Shown: positions 25,739-38,300 of the stretch, piece by piece | How positions within the stretch are numbered: position 1 is the first letter of the stretch | How the letters are laid out: each line of letters begins with the position of its first letter | Origin: Trichinella spiralis | Taxonomy: Eukaryota | Assembly (NCBI RefSeq): GCF_000181795.1 | Contig: NW_003526944.1 | Coordinates: 1,565,639-1,625,460 of the forward strand | Length of the DNA stretch: 59,822 nucleotides | Direction of reading: 5' to 3' | Program-made: the position numbers and the translations under genes | The notes under the pieces: generated by a model | What the model was told of the DNA's origin: nothing | What the model saw: only the letters and a program-made list of their open reading frames with translations | The model's database searches: none

Positions 25739-26602
25739 ATGGTAAGTATACTTAAAAATGCCTTACTATTTAACATCATGGACAAAAAAGATTATTATAA
25801 CGCTGACAATATAATAATACTAATGACACTTCGTGAAATGATTATCATTGCGATAAACTCAGTTTTATTATGTATATAGAGCAGTAATAATTTTAGTACA
25901 CGTTGTAATGTAAATTAATTAACATAAAGATTTATATGCGAAAATATTTTTTACATTGGAATCGTTTCATTTTTTAATTTTAATAGGGTATATTCGATGT
26001 GCTCGTCCAGATTGGCCGAGTGATTTACATAGCAAGAGGAAGAGAAAGAGGAAAATTGGCAGTTATTGTCAATGTAGTTGATGGAAATCGAGTACGCAGT
26101 TTGGCTTTGTCGGAGTAGAGGTTTTTCATTTTTAAACTTCAGGCACTCGTTGATGGTCCCGGATTGAAAAGGCAAATGATTCATTTCAAAAACATGTTGT
26201 TGACTAAGATGACGTTGAAAATTACACATTATGACAAAACCAAAGCCATCATTGCGGCATGGGAAAAAGCGAACATAAATGAACTCTGGTCCAAGACTAA
26301 ACTGGCCCAAAGTAGAAGAAGAAGGGCTCTGGTATGAATAATTTTTTGTTAATTAATAATTTAAAAAATCAGTGTTTGTTTAGCGTGCAAAAATGAGTGA
26401 TTTCGATCGTTTCAAGCTGATGAAAGCAAAGCAGGCTGTAATTGTTTCACTGTAGCTATTGTTTTATTTTATAGTGGAATTTTATCCTTTTCAGCGAAAC
26501 CGTATCTTGAAACGTGAATTTGAGCGTGTGAAAATACTTCACAAAAGAGCAGAAAAGAAAGCAAAGCAATCAAGTAAGAAGAAGAAGAAGGTTGCAGCTT
26601 GA
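25739..26602 (+). CDS. rpl14: 60S ribosomal protein L14 (eL14), 5 coding exons, first exon contributes only the ATG
   Basis: ATG|GTAAGT, then GIFDVLVQIGRVIYIARGRERGKLAVIVNVVDGNR-ALVDGP...W...RAKMSDFDRFKLMKAKQARNRI and a Lys-rich tail. Confidence 0.95.
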
Positions 26603-27743
26603 AAATGATCAACTGAAAATTTTATATTTGTGGTTTTCAAAGTCAATAAATTGAATTTGAAACCGAATGAAGGTGTTAAACTGTTTTTTTTGCTTTAATA
26701 TTACAGATGCAGTCCGAGTAGTTTCATGTTTCAAGTAACGTGAAGATTTTTATAAGTTCTTCACTTAATTTTCTTTTCAATTGAATTATGCTCCATCTAT
26801 TGAATGTTTTCATTTCAAAGAGTGAAACTAATTTTAATGTAATAATCAATAAGAATACTGTAGAATTTGTACTGGATTGAATTGAGCTATCGGTTGGATG
26901 CCTGCTCTGTCAAGTTCCCTGGGGAATGGTGTTTATACTGAATAATATTCTATAATGAAAACTCATTTCGATTGCATCAATATCAACAATATAAACGTTT
27001 TATAGTTAAATATGCATTTCATACAGTAGTACGGAAAAGTAGGTTTTATTTTCTTTGCAGGGATAAACTGTCTTGAATGTTGCAAAGAATTGCTGGTTGG
27101 AAACTTATTTTGCTATTAATTTTTGCTCTTATGTTTTCATGTTTATACAACCAAACTAATATTACTGCAGAAGCGAATTTAGTGCTATTCAAAGAGTTCG
27201 TTAAGTAATCTGTTTGCCTGAATTAGTAAAAACGAGACAACTGAAAAGCTTCTTCTTTAGTGCTGCACTCTGTTTGAGATGTACATTTTTCAGGATTTTG
27301 AAAGTTATTATAATGGGATCACTTTTCAACTGAACTTTCAAAATAAAAGTTCTCACACAATATTTTTCATAATGCATATTTTATTTCTAATATAATAAAA
27401 TGTGCTCTCTGAGTAATTTCATTAATTAGATTAATTCAGTGCAAAATTTATTATTTTACATAGATTTATTTTACATTTTTGCTTACTGTTAGAAGTACAT
27501 TAGATTCACATATATAAATCTGCTTAAATTTTATTAAAACTCAAAAAACGGTAATAATAGAACTTCATAAAAATGTAAGCTTTGTAGAAATTACTAATTT
27601 GCATATGTAAACGTGAAATCAGCTTATAAAGATTACAACTTAATTTTCTATTTTACTGTAAGGAGTTTAACTTCACTCGTGAAATTTTTGTACGCGTTAA
27701 AAAAGAATTCTTTTGCATTGGACATTTTTTGAAACGAGTAGAA

Positions 27744-28304
27744 ATGTTGACTAAAGCAGAAGGAAGAGGTATGTTATACTATTTCTGTCTGAATTGAATG
27801 TTATTTAAATGAATTATATAATGCAAGCAGATTGGTCTTTTGTCCGATCACATTTAGAGTAGTATTAAAGTAAACCTAATGCTGGAAATAAATGTGCAAA
27901 AACATTGCATATGATTTATGTAAATGTGTGAAAATTTAGCTTCATTGCTACATATTTTGAAAAAATTACGTCAACTTCAAAATTCGGCAGCTTATCAAGA
28001 AGCGGAAAGTCAGTGTGGTAACGATATGCTAAAACGAGTGCAACTTATTTACCCCTTAGTTATAAGAGCTGAGATGAATGCTGTTACTGACTATGGCTTT
28101 GCTGCGTCGTATGCCGGTATATTTTTGCTTATTAATGAAAACAAATTTTCGAACAGAATTTTTACAGGATTGTCGGAATATATGCATGAAATTTATGTTC
28201 TTTCTGGTGAAGATAAGGAAGTTGAAAGATTGATGTCTGAAGTACGCAGTATGATTTTTCCAGAATTACCGCTTCCTGATGCTACAGCTGCACTTCCTTT
28301 GTGA
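27744..28304 (+). CDS. Protein C10 (C12orf57/GRCC10 family), exons 27744-27768, 27940-28116, 28168-28304
   Basis: MLTKAEGRASLLHIL...EAESQCGNDMLKRVQLIYPL...DYGF...G...DKEVERLMSEVRSMIFPELPLP matches the C10 pattern (EA...NDM.K..Q...P....YGF...G....D.EI..L...L...FLP). Confidence 0.85.
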
Positions 28305-28731
28305 TGCATTTGCTACATTTTTAAATTTAAGAAAACATGTTTTCTATTGTTTACTATTGTTTTGCGAATTATTTAAAATTTATTTCGACAACATTTCGAC
28401 GACAACTAATGCCCTTGTGCCAATTGTGGTGTTACTTTAAACATGTTATGTAGTTGTTTGCTTCACATTTTTCAGATGTTTCATTTTCTTGCTAAATGCG
28501 CATGCAGCTGGCTTCTGTTGTTTAAAGAATATGTATGCAATCGAAAATACAGTATGTGATAAGTATGTTGGGTTTGTTTATATGCTGATTTTTGCTTGCA
28601 TTTGTTATTAAATTGTTTATACTTTTACTGAATTTACTGTTTTTTTCAAGTCTAATTTACCCACGAATGTTGAAGATGAAATTTGGATAATCGACTGTAA
28701 AATTAATTTACCGATATTGCGTATGAGTGGT

Positions 28732-30822
28732 TTATGCTTGATCCGCTTTCTGATTTAGTAAATCATGTGATCCAATACATGCTTCAACTAGATCATACTG
28801 CAAGCAGTTTTTGCTGTTGACGTCGTAGAAAAGATCGACTGGACACTGTTCTGTTTTCAACGAACCATTGCTACATGTTGTGAATAGATTTGAACAAGTC
28901 GCTTTTGGATATGGATATCTACCATCAGGAAAACCGACACAGTCTTCATCTGCCAGTTCTATTTTTTAAGGAAATAGGTATATAGTTAAGGAAAGACGTG
29001 TTTTTATTAAAATTTACCTTGGATTTGATCGACATATTCATTTTTAGTATTTTGCGTTGTCATATTGTTCGTGCTCGTTTCATGGCACTCGGGTACATTC
29101 CAAAATTCGTCGCAAATTTGAGTAACTGGATCATAATACAGTTGCTCAGGACACATGAACGTTCTCAAGAAGCCATTCGCACACGAGTAAAACAGGTGAC
29201 TGCAGCTTTGTTTAGGATCTGGGTACAATCCGTTAACCAACGCTCCGCAGTCTAACGGCAGTTCTGCACAACAAACAACATCGATAAGCTGAATACATTT
29301 TTTTCAAAATATTGTTACCTTCTGTTGTAGGAACAGTAGTTGTGCTGGTGCTTCTTTGTGCTGTTGTGGTCAGTGATTGATCAGTTGTAGTGAATAGATT
29401 TCCTAGTGACTGGCATGTTTTACTTCTGCTGTCATATACAAGTTTTTGCTGGCAGTGCATTTCCCTTGCTAAACCACCACTGCAAGAGTAGAAAACTTGA
29501 CTGTAACTGTATTTTGGATCGGCGTAAAAGCCGTCTGGCTTTGATTTGCAATCAAAGTCTACTGGAGGCAGTGTAGGCTGCATGGTGGATGTGTAATTTT
29601 GTTCTGAGCTTCGTTTGCCAGTACATTCAAACACCTCACTTCTGTAGCGGCATATTTGGTATTCAGGGTCGAAAACTAACATATCAGGACAGTGGCGTGT
29701 CAGCTGCACTCCGAAATGACATGTATAATACGTTTCTGAACAATTGATCGGGTAGCTTCTTGGATTCGCATAACTACCTCTTCCAATTTTTTTGCAATCA
29801 TAAATTGGCGTTTCTAAATGAAAGTTGTAATAAGCTTTTAAAAATTAATTGATTTTTTACTTTTTCATTTAATATTTTTTAATTATTATTTTTTAGATTT
29901 AATGCAATTTACCTATACCGTTGCTGCTGCTTGGGGTAACGGTATGCCTTTCAAAACAACTTGGTGTTTCTGCATACGGTCTACATTGCAATAAATTTTG
30001 ATTGAAAGAGAAATTCGCCCGGCAAGTATGTTTTATGGTTTTGCCATTCAAACAAATGTAATAATCTGAAGTGCAGGGTTTTCCGTAAAAACCATTTTCG
30101 ATACTTTTACAGTTGAAGGGTGCTGTAAAGAAATTTATTCATTTAATTATTTTTACGTTTTATAAAATCCTTTAAAATGTTATGTAATAAGCTATGATAA
30201 AATAGAATCGTATATTATGTATTCTTTCCAGTTATGTGTATTTTATGAACTTGTGTACAGATGTAAGAAAAGTGGCAAAATACTGAAGAACAATTTCCCT
30301 CTGTCATTTGACATGTGGATTTGAACTGACCGACACTATTTACTTTTCAAGCATTTTTTAGAATGTTATCATGAAAAAGCTCATAACATTTATATTTGAA
30401 TTCTTAATTAATTAATTAATTTGAAAAAAAACAAGAATTTACCTGTTTCTTTAGTGCCATTTTGTAGTGCTTGATTTTGGTTGTTATTCAAACTTTTTTT
30501 TAATTTTGCCAACCAATAAAGCAGACAATTATAGATGTCAGTGCATCTTCGCTGTTGGAATAAAACACACTGATCACGGCGGTATACGTCAGCAGTTAAA
30601 CCTTGTCGGAGACGAACTTGTGTGCATTCCATGTAGGAGCACGGCTGCCACGGTTGCCATTCTCCAACTGGGCAATTTGGATCACTTTCTGAATATATAA
30701 AAATTATTATTAATTTTTCGGTTTTGGAAATTATCCAACTGTGCACCGTTTTGATTATCACTTTTGCATGATAAAATCTTTGCAGCGTAGCATACAAAGA
30801 TGAAGATCACGTTTGCACGCAT
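28732..30822 (-). CDS. Secreted chitin-binding protein: signal peptide + TSP1-like module + five CBM14/peritrophin-A domains with Thr-rich linkers
   Basis: MRANVIFIFVCYAAKILSC signal; GEWQPWQPCS...QVRLR...QRRC. Five C-x-G-x-Y...C...FY-x-C...C-P...L-x-F/Y-D...C repeats; last exon ends ADQA*. Confidence 0.88.
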
Positions 30823-33711
30823 ATTGAAATAGATAACACAACACGGAACATTAACAAGACCGTTAACTGAGTAAATATACTGAGTTTAAAAATTTGCATA
30901 CAGCGATATTTACATAAGACGCTTTAAAGAATCGTTATTGATCAGTCTTTCATTGGAAAGTGAATTTATTCTTCTAATCGCTAGGTCGCTTTTGAAGTTG
31001 TGCACATTTTTCTTTTTGGTAGTTTATTCTTCTCAACAATCCAGTTATTAATTATTGTTTTTGGTAAGTAATTCTTTAATTGAATTGTTAATTTTTCTTT
31101 TGTTGAAATGTTTTCTGGCATTGTATCATTTTGTATATCGATTTGTATGCATTGTATTTATTATTACTTACAAATTTGTGAAAATAGGTTAACAATAATT
31201 GTTTTACAATATAAGTAATAATTATTGATTGATTGAATAAATACAAAAGTACAAAAGAGCTGGATTAGGGGATAAGAAGAAAAGCTAGCGAGGCGGAAAA
31301 GATAGTTGAACGTAATTTTTAATTATCCAGTGTCAATTGAGCCATGCTTGTCGGTCCGTTTGACCAGACTGTTGCCCTTTTATCGGTGAAGCTTGCAACG
31401 GGTGGCTCCCTGGAGAAATGACCCGCTGAATTGATTTCACATGTTTTGAAATTTGAATCACTGTTGCATCGTTACTCGGCTTTTGAGAAATCATTTACAA
31501 ATCGATTGCAAGCCGATTAGCATGCCTGCTTGATGTAACAAGTGACTTGGCGTTCGGCTAATAATTACGCGCTCCACGGTCAGACAATGACTTTCCAACT
31601 TGTTATTATCAGCGGCTCACCGCAGGTGGCTAAGTGTTCTGCTTTCACTCAGCATGCAAATCATATCTGAAAACACCTTCTATACATATATGTATATGGA
31701 AATATATGCACTCTGATCAACTGATGACATCACAATTGTTATGCGGTGGGTGTGTCAGATAGGAGTTTGTTTTCTTTGTTTCTTGCCTTCTTGTTGCCCT
31801 TTCTTATGTTCACAGTTAGGCAAACTATCTATAAATTCTGCTCTTGTTCTTCAATTGATGCGATTAATCTGCTGGAAAATTGAACAAGTGTACACTTAGC
31901 ATACTGTAACATGGTCGGTCAAGGTGGGATGTTGGCAAACATTGCTTTTTGTTAAGAGAACACTTGCAATGACCGTCAAGTGTTCAACAAACTTTTCTTC
32001 ATATTCCAGCGTCCTACCGTTTTTTGAACATTACAATGACAATAAAATCATACAAACTCAAATATGTTGAACATGATTTTTTTTAATCATCAACATGCTT
32101 CAAAAGAGCCGACGATAATTTTCTGTTTTACAACTTGTTGAATGAACATTTGTAAATGACATTTGAATATTTTTTTATTAATATTATTTTTTATCTTTTG
32201 TAAGCACATTGCTTTTATTCTGTGTGGATTGTATTGGTCAAGTAAAAACGATCCCACTAATAATAACAACTTCAATCATGGATCAAATTGCCAAAAGAAA
32301 ATTATACAATGAATAATTATTAAACGATTATTGATTATCATTTAGCTTCCGCCTAATCGGCTAACAAGCAAGCGATCAATTTTGTAAAAAGGGAAAATTG
32401 TTCAGCTGCGTGATTGTAAAATTAAAAAAAACATACTATCGAATAATGCACTTCACCATTTAAAATGCATAAAATTTTGAAATTGATTAAAATTTTTTAT
32501 TCTCTAATTACAATAAGATTTAAAGAAAAAAAACCTACCTACCATATATGGTGACCGTTTTTGATTTGACCTATATGTGTTTCATCATTACATAAATATA
32601 GGTAATCAATTGCGTTGATGTTGCTGGACAAAAGTTTACCTAGATTTTATCACATTTGTGCAAAAGGTGAACAATATTTTTCGAAGAAAGTACTCCCATT
32701 AATGATAATAAATAATTAAAAATTTGATAATGTTCAACTATTTGAATTTTTAAATTATCAATCAATCAAGAAAAGGCACTTTTAATTTAAATAACAAGTT
32801 TATATTCCATTTTGAAAACTACCCTTTTTGTGCTGTTTTTCTTTAATTGAAATAACATGAAATTATTTTTTTACTAAATGAAACGTCTGACAAGGCCAAT
32901 GACGTTGTTTGTTGAACTTTCTTTTGGGAAAAATATAAATACAGCTATTTATCATAATTTTCTTTCTTTTCAAATAACAATGCATTTTTTTGTTTATTTC
33001 ACCAATGGTACAGTATTCTAAATGAAATATTTTTTGTTCTATAAAGTATAATGCATGAAAAATGTAATGGGATGGAGGATTCTGATCCTAAATTTCAATT
33101 TAAGAATTTCATTTTAAGTTCATTTGAAAACATGAAAACATCTAAAGCAGTTCTTTTGGAAACCTTCACTTAAAGCATACACTACTTTTATATTATAACA
33201 AATTTTCTAACAATGAAAACAGCATGCATTCGTATTATAATATTTTCAATGGATAAACTATTCAAGCCAGTTTTCTCGTTGTTATTTTAATTCGTCTTTA
33301 AAATACCAACAAATAAAACCTTAACGAATATAAATTCTTCATGCCATGTTTTTTTCTTTTTCTTATTAACATAAACTGAACACTAAGATATTTAATTATT
33401 TTAAAAAAGTGGCAGTTGTTTAAATTTTATTTGTGAGAAAATTTTTCACATAGATTTTGTAACAAATAAATTAAAAGGTGAAGAACTTTGTCACTGGATA
33501 TAAATTATATGTAAATTAAATTAATTGATGCAAAAACAATGTCAAAAAGCTGCTTTGATGAGGTGTGTTCATTGTCCACTGCAGTTGTCCGTGGTTGTCT
33601 GGCATTTTTATCTGCTCTCGCGGATACGTAGTCTTCGAAGCTTGGAACTGGACAGTGTTTAATAATTACCGGTCAACGCTAAATGTACATGTTGACTGGT
33701 AAAGATGTTGC

Positions 33712-33865
33712 TTAGCATATGGATTGAATTTTTCGCAGCTGCTCACCATTTACATAGTTGAATAAGGGAGGCACGCCCGAATGACAAACGTACCACTCGC
33801 TCAGGTTGGGATTTTGTGAATTTAATCCAAGATGTTGTACGGCTTGATGATGATGATGCAGTTGC

Positions 33866-33902
<37 letters not shown>

Positions 33903-35382
33903 GCTGCTGCTGCTGATGCTGATGTTGTTGTTGTTGTTGTTGCTGTTGTTGACTGTCATTTGTATCTTGCACTTGTGGTTCCAACTGATGAGACGGCTCT
34001 TCTTTAAGAACGCTGGGAGTAGTCGACTCACCGTCACTAGCTACTGGTGAAGATCCACTACTACCCACCGGCTCTTTGTTGCAATTCATAGGGACAAATT
34101 TTCCATGAACCTTAAATATTTAATACATATTCCTTTCTTACAGTTATATTCAGACAGTATTATTTTTAACCTATACATTTTACAATGATTATAAATTATT
34201 TTATGAACTGTTTATCACTTACTTTCATGTGTTTACGAAGTGATGACGGATGAGTATAACTTTTTCCACATCCATCAGCTCGACAATAATAAGGTTTATC
34301 AGTGGTGTGCACGTGTGAATGTTTTTTGCGATCACTGCTATTTGCAAATCGTCTGTCACATCCTGCAAACTCACATTTGAACGGCTTTTCACCTGTAAAT
34401 AAAATTAAAAACAGTGATCTTTTCAAATGAACAATTCATTGTTTAACTTGCCTGTATGAGTGCGCTTGTGAATTTTTAAATTTTCGCTACGGGCAAATAC
34501 CTTTCCACAACCAGAAAATGGACAGGCGAATGGCTTTTCTCCAGTGTGAACCCGTATGTGATTGACAAGCTTGTATTTAGCTTTGAATGGCTTGCCAGCC
34601 CGCGAACAGTTTTTCCAAAAGCAAACATGATAATTACTGTCCTGTGTTCCAACGTGTTCCACTGTCAAGTGACTGACTATATCATACATGTTAGAAAACA
34701 TGCGTTCACAGCACGGACTGCCCGTGGTCGCATCAGTCCACATGCATTTCACCGGTTTTTCCATACAAGGCATCATTTGTTGCTGCTGTTGATGCTGATG
34801 CTGTTGTTGTTGATGCTTGAGATAGCGTAAAAAGGCGCCAGTTTGACAGTACGGATGTTGAAACTGCACTGCTGCGGGGGCAGAATTTTGCAGACCTGTA
34901 AAAGCACTGCTTGCAGCTGACATGAACGAATGTGCTCGTGGGTCTGAGGATAGTTTCAGGCATGTCGACCACTGACCAAATTGACATGGCGGTGATGCGG
35001 GCGCTCCTGATTCAGAGCTAATAACGTGCGGGTTCAAATAAGGAAGTCGAGCTTGGTTACTTGGCTCAGCATGGAACTGAACCGCACTGGTTAGAGGATC
35101 GGCGCTGGTACTTTGTAAAAATGCGTGACGTTCGGTTGGCGCAAAGCTTGCTGAATATTGACCAACAGCGTTCGGCTCGCGTTTCAAAAATCCGTGTGCA
35201 TTGGCGCCCTGCAGTTGTTCATTGCCACCGCCACCGTAATAAACAGCGGCGGCCGCAAATGGCGTCGAAGCTTCGGCAGCTTGAAAAGTGGTGCAAAAAT
35301 TGGCAGCTGCTCCTGGCGCAGTACTGGACAAAGCTTGGAAAGCTGCCGGTGCCGGTGGCAATGAGTCGAAAGGGTTCAACAT
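33712..35382 (-). CDS. zic: Zic / odd-paired family C2H2 transcription factor, exons 34452-35382, 34223-34392, 33712-34110
   Basis: GAFLRYL (ZF-NC) and five fingers including [66 protein letters not shown] and [15 protein letters not shown]-terminal NLSEWYVC. Confidence 0.97.
33845..33951. repeat. (TTG/CTG/ATG)n trinucleotide tract encoding polyQ/polyH in Zic
   Basis: Direct reading; about 28 Gln plus a His run in exon 3. Confidence 0.9.
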
Positions 35383-38300
35383 GGAATTTCCGGTCCGAGT
35401 CGAGCGATGTGATAGCGGCTAGCGCTCGTCGACCTGCTGAGTCCTGACAGACAAGAATAAACTCCCCGCTAGGTTTATTTTCACGGCTCACGGATGCGCT
35501 AACGGCCATTGGTAGTTTCTGACATTGTTGTCCAATCACTGTCGTTCATTTACTGTAGCAGCGAATCGCCTGGAAACGGCTTTCGCCATGCGGAAAAACT
35601 ATCCACAAATGCGAGCTTGTTTTTCAATTCACTGCTCTTATTTTAAAGTGCAGGAAAGAAAAATCGGGGGAAAAGGTTGAATTAAATCAATGCAGTAATT
35701 TCGTCACTTTTACTTTTACATGGTTTTGTTCTGTTCTAACTTACTTGAAAGTTCCTGACTCAGCATATTACGTTTTCATTTTTAAGCTAGCAGCAATTGA
35801 ATATTTAAATAAAATTTAAATAATTTAGATATCAATTGAATAGTGGCTTTGAAAACTATCATTTGAAAGCATTCGTATATTAAAAATTACAGGTCAAATT
35901 TGAATAACTAACAATTCACTGTTTGAACAAACACATCAATCATATAAGCTGGTTACATGTTTTTTTAATGTATTTTTAATTGTAATTAAAGTTGAAAAGA
36001 CTATTTAATACTGAACAGAATATTAGTTTATTGTTTTAAACTATTAAACTCACAAATCGTATTCACCGTAATAATTGTTTCATCTATAATATATTGCAAA
36101 TTGCTCTTTTCAATGCGCTAATGCTCTTTTCAAAATATGGCGTTATTTATTTTGGCGAAGCGAGTGATGCTGAAATATTCTGAGATCGCATCTATGATAA
36201 AAATGATAGCAAATGTGTCACTTTCTGCAGGCGGATAATGTTCACAGTAGCTAAATTAATGAAAATTAGTATGCATTACGTGCAATGTTTCTGCTGATGA
36301 CCTAGCCTTTTCGAATTTAGCGCGCTTGCATAATGCGCTTCACCTGGCTAACTAGCTTGACAAGGAAAAGTCAAGAGGTCATTCTGATCATAATCCAGGC
36401 CGTAGTGCAGAAGTCAACCGAAAAAGGCAAAAGTCAAGAAAAAGTCATTTTATACCGTTTGCTTAACACTGGCTTCACTTGAAGTGAAATATCAATGAAC
36501 ATTATTGATCAAGTATAAGCATGTTCCATGTTTGCTGCAGTGAACTTAATAAGTGACTGAAAAATTTTTAATTTCATGAAAAAATTTTATAAAAATAGGT
36601 ATAATAATTTATTAATGAAAAAATATTGTAATTGTAAAGAATATTCTACTGTGCATCATAGGCATGCTTGTTTTATTATGAGATATGGTGGTTGTAACTT
36701 TTTAGTTTTTTTTCTTCTTTTCATTTGTTATGGCTCCATAGTGACTAACTTGCAGGTGGTTCGATTTGATATCAAATTCTTGTGCAGTGTCATTTTTTCA
36801 GAGATAATGAAGTAGTAGCAGTTGTAGCAATAGTAGTAATAGTAGTGGCGCACAAGCGGCAAAAGTTGAGGGTCGGGGTCAGTCAGCATACCAGTGACTG
36901 TCCATTCTTTGACTACAATAGTTGACATGCTCATCCATTGTGGATGTTAGTTTGACGTAGACTCGGCGGCGCTCCAGTGCTTTGTCGTTCATTTGGGCGC
37001 GGGTAAGTAATCTTACAGCGTGCATTGTTATCCACTGAGTCGAGGCTAAACGATGCTTTAGCACAAGAGGTGTTGACTGTGGTCGGATGCTTGCTGCACA
37101 CAATATATTAAAATGCCTTTCCGACATAGATTGGTCGCATTAGCTAATATTACTGCATGCATTGTGTTTCAGTGACCCCGTACGGCACCTGCCCGTTTAG
37201 CAAAAAGAATGCAGTGTTCAATTAGCTATTGTTTTAACATAGGTCAATCTGATTTTGGGCACATAGCAAAATCAGATTCTATTGCGTAGCAAGACGTACT
37301 CAAGTCTCAGTTGCGTAAATACCTATGGGAACGCGACAGTTTTGGCAAATCGACTGGTCATCCATTTTATTTACAGGAGCAAATTTTCTACTGATTTCAG
37401 CAGGTGCCACAGATTTATATTACTTAGCTTCTAGTCAATCAGATTCATTAGCTGATAGCGGTAGGCGGTTCCGATTGACAGGCAGGAACAGTGACCCCAT
37501 GCTATGCTTCATTTCCGATTTACGTTTACTTATTTGCGTCTTAGCAACCTGGGTACGAGAAGGATTATCAAACACGCAATTTGTGCTACATTTTCTTATA
37601 ACTATTATGCACTATTGCACAACGTTACTGAAATTGCATATATGCTATGCACATGCATTGTGTTTTCTAACGAAACTTTGCATAATGAAGCATTCTGTTT
37701 TTTCCTTTAAATGCAGTTTAGCAGAGTTCAATTTCAATGTTCATATCAATTTATAAAACAAATTGCATTTTTGATTTGCAATTGAAAAGATGCATACTAC
37801 TTGAAAATGATTCTAAAGTGACGTGGAAAAAAATGATTGCACAAAATACTCATACAACAATTTAAATGGCTAAAAAAGATAAGAAATGAAAAAAAATTTG
37901 TAGAATTACAAAGTGCTTAACTACCGGACAACAACAACTGACAGCACTCATATATTTCTTCATATTCATATTTAAAATCAAATTGAATAATTAGAATTAA
38001 AGTCAAAATAAATATACAGTTTTTTACCTCCGTTCTTACTACACCTATTGTCATATGTGAAAGAAACTTTTACTTTATCATGTATGTGCTTCTGTTTAAA
38101 TTTTAGCCAAATAAGAAGAATAATTTCTCATCCCATTTTATAACAGTACTTTCATGTTCATAAATTGTGATGGTAAAATGCACGATGCAAATAGTGAATC
38201 TGTTACAGTGTCATTGATGACAGTATTGCAAAATATGTTTCAATTACTTAATCGCAAGGCTGCATGTGATTTGCAATTGTTCATTTAAAATGTGCAAAGA

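Noticed and set aside
25742..25986. Possible intronic snoRNA in RPL14 intron 1
   Set aside because: No properly ordered C (RUGAUGA) and D (CUGA) boxes or H/ACA double hairpin seen.
26850..26945. AGAATTTGTACTG resembling a U7 snRNA Sm site near the C12orf57 homologue (U7 neighbours C12orf57 in vertebrates)
   Set aside because: Mismatch to AAUUUGUCUAG, no convincing 3' hairpin and no histone-downstream-element complement.
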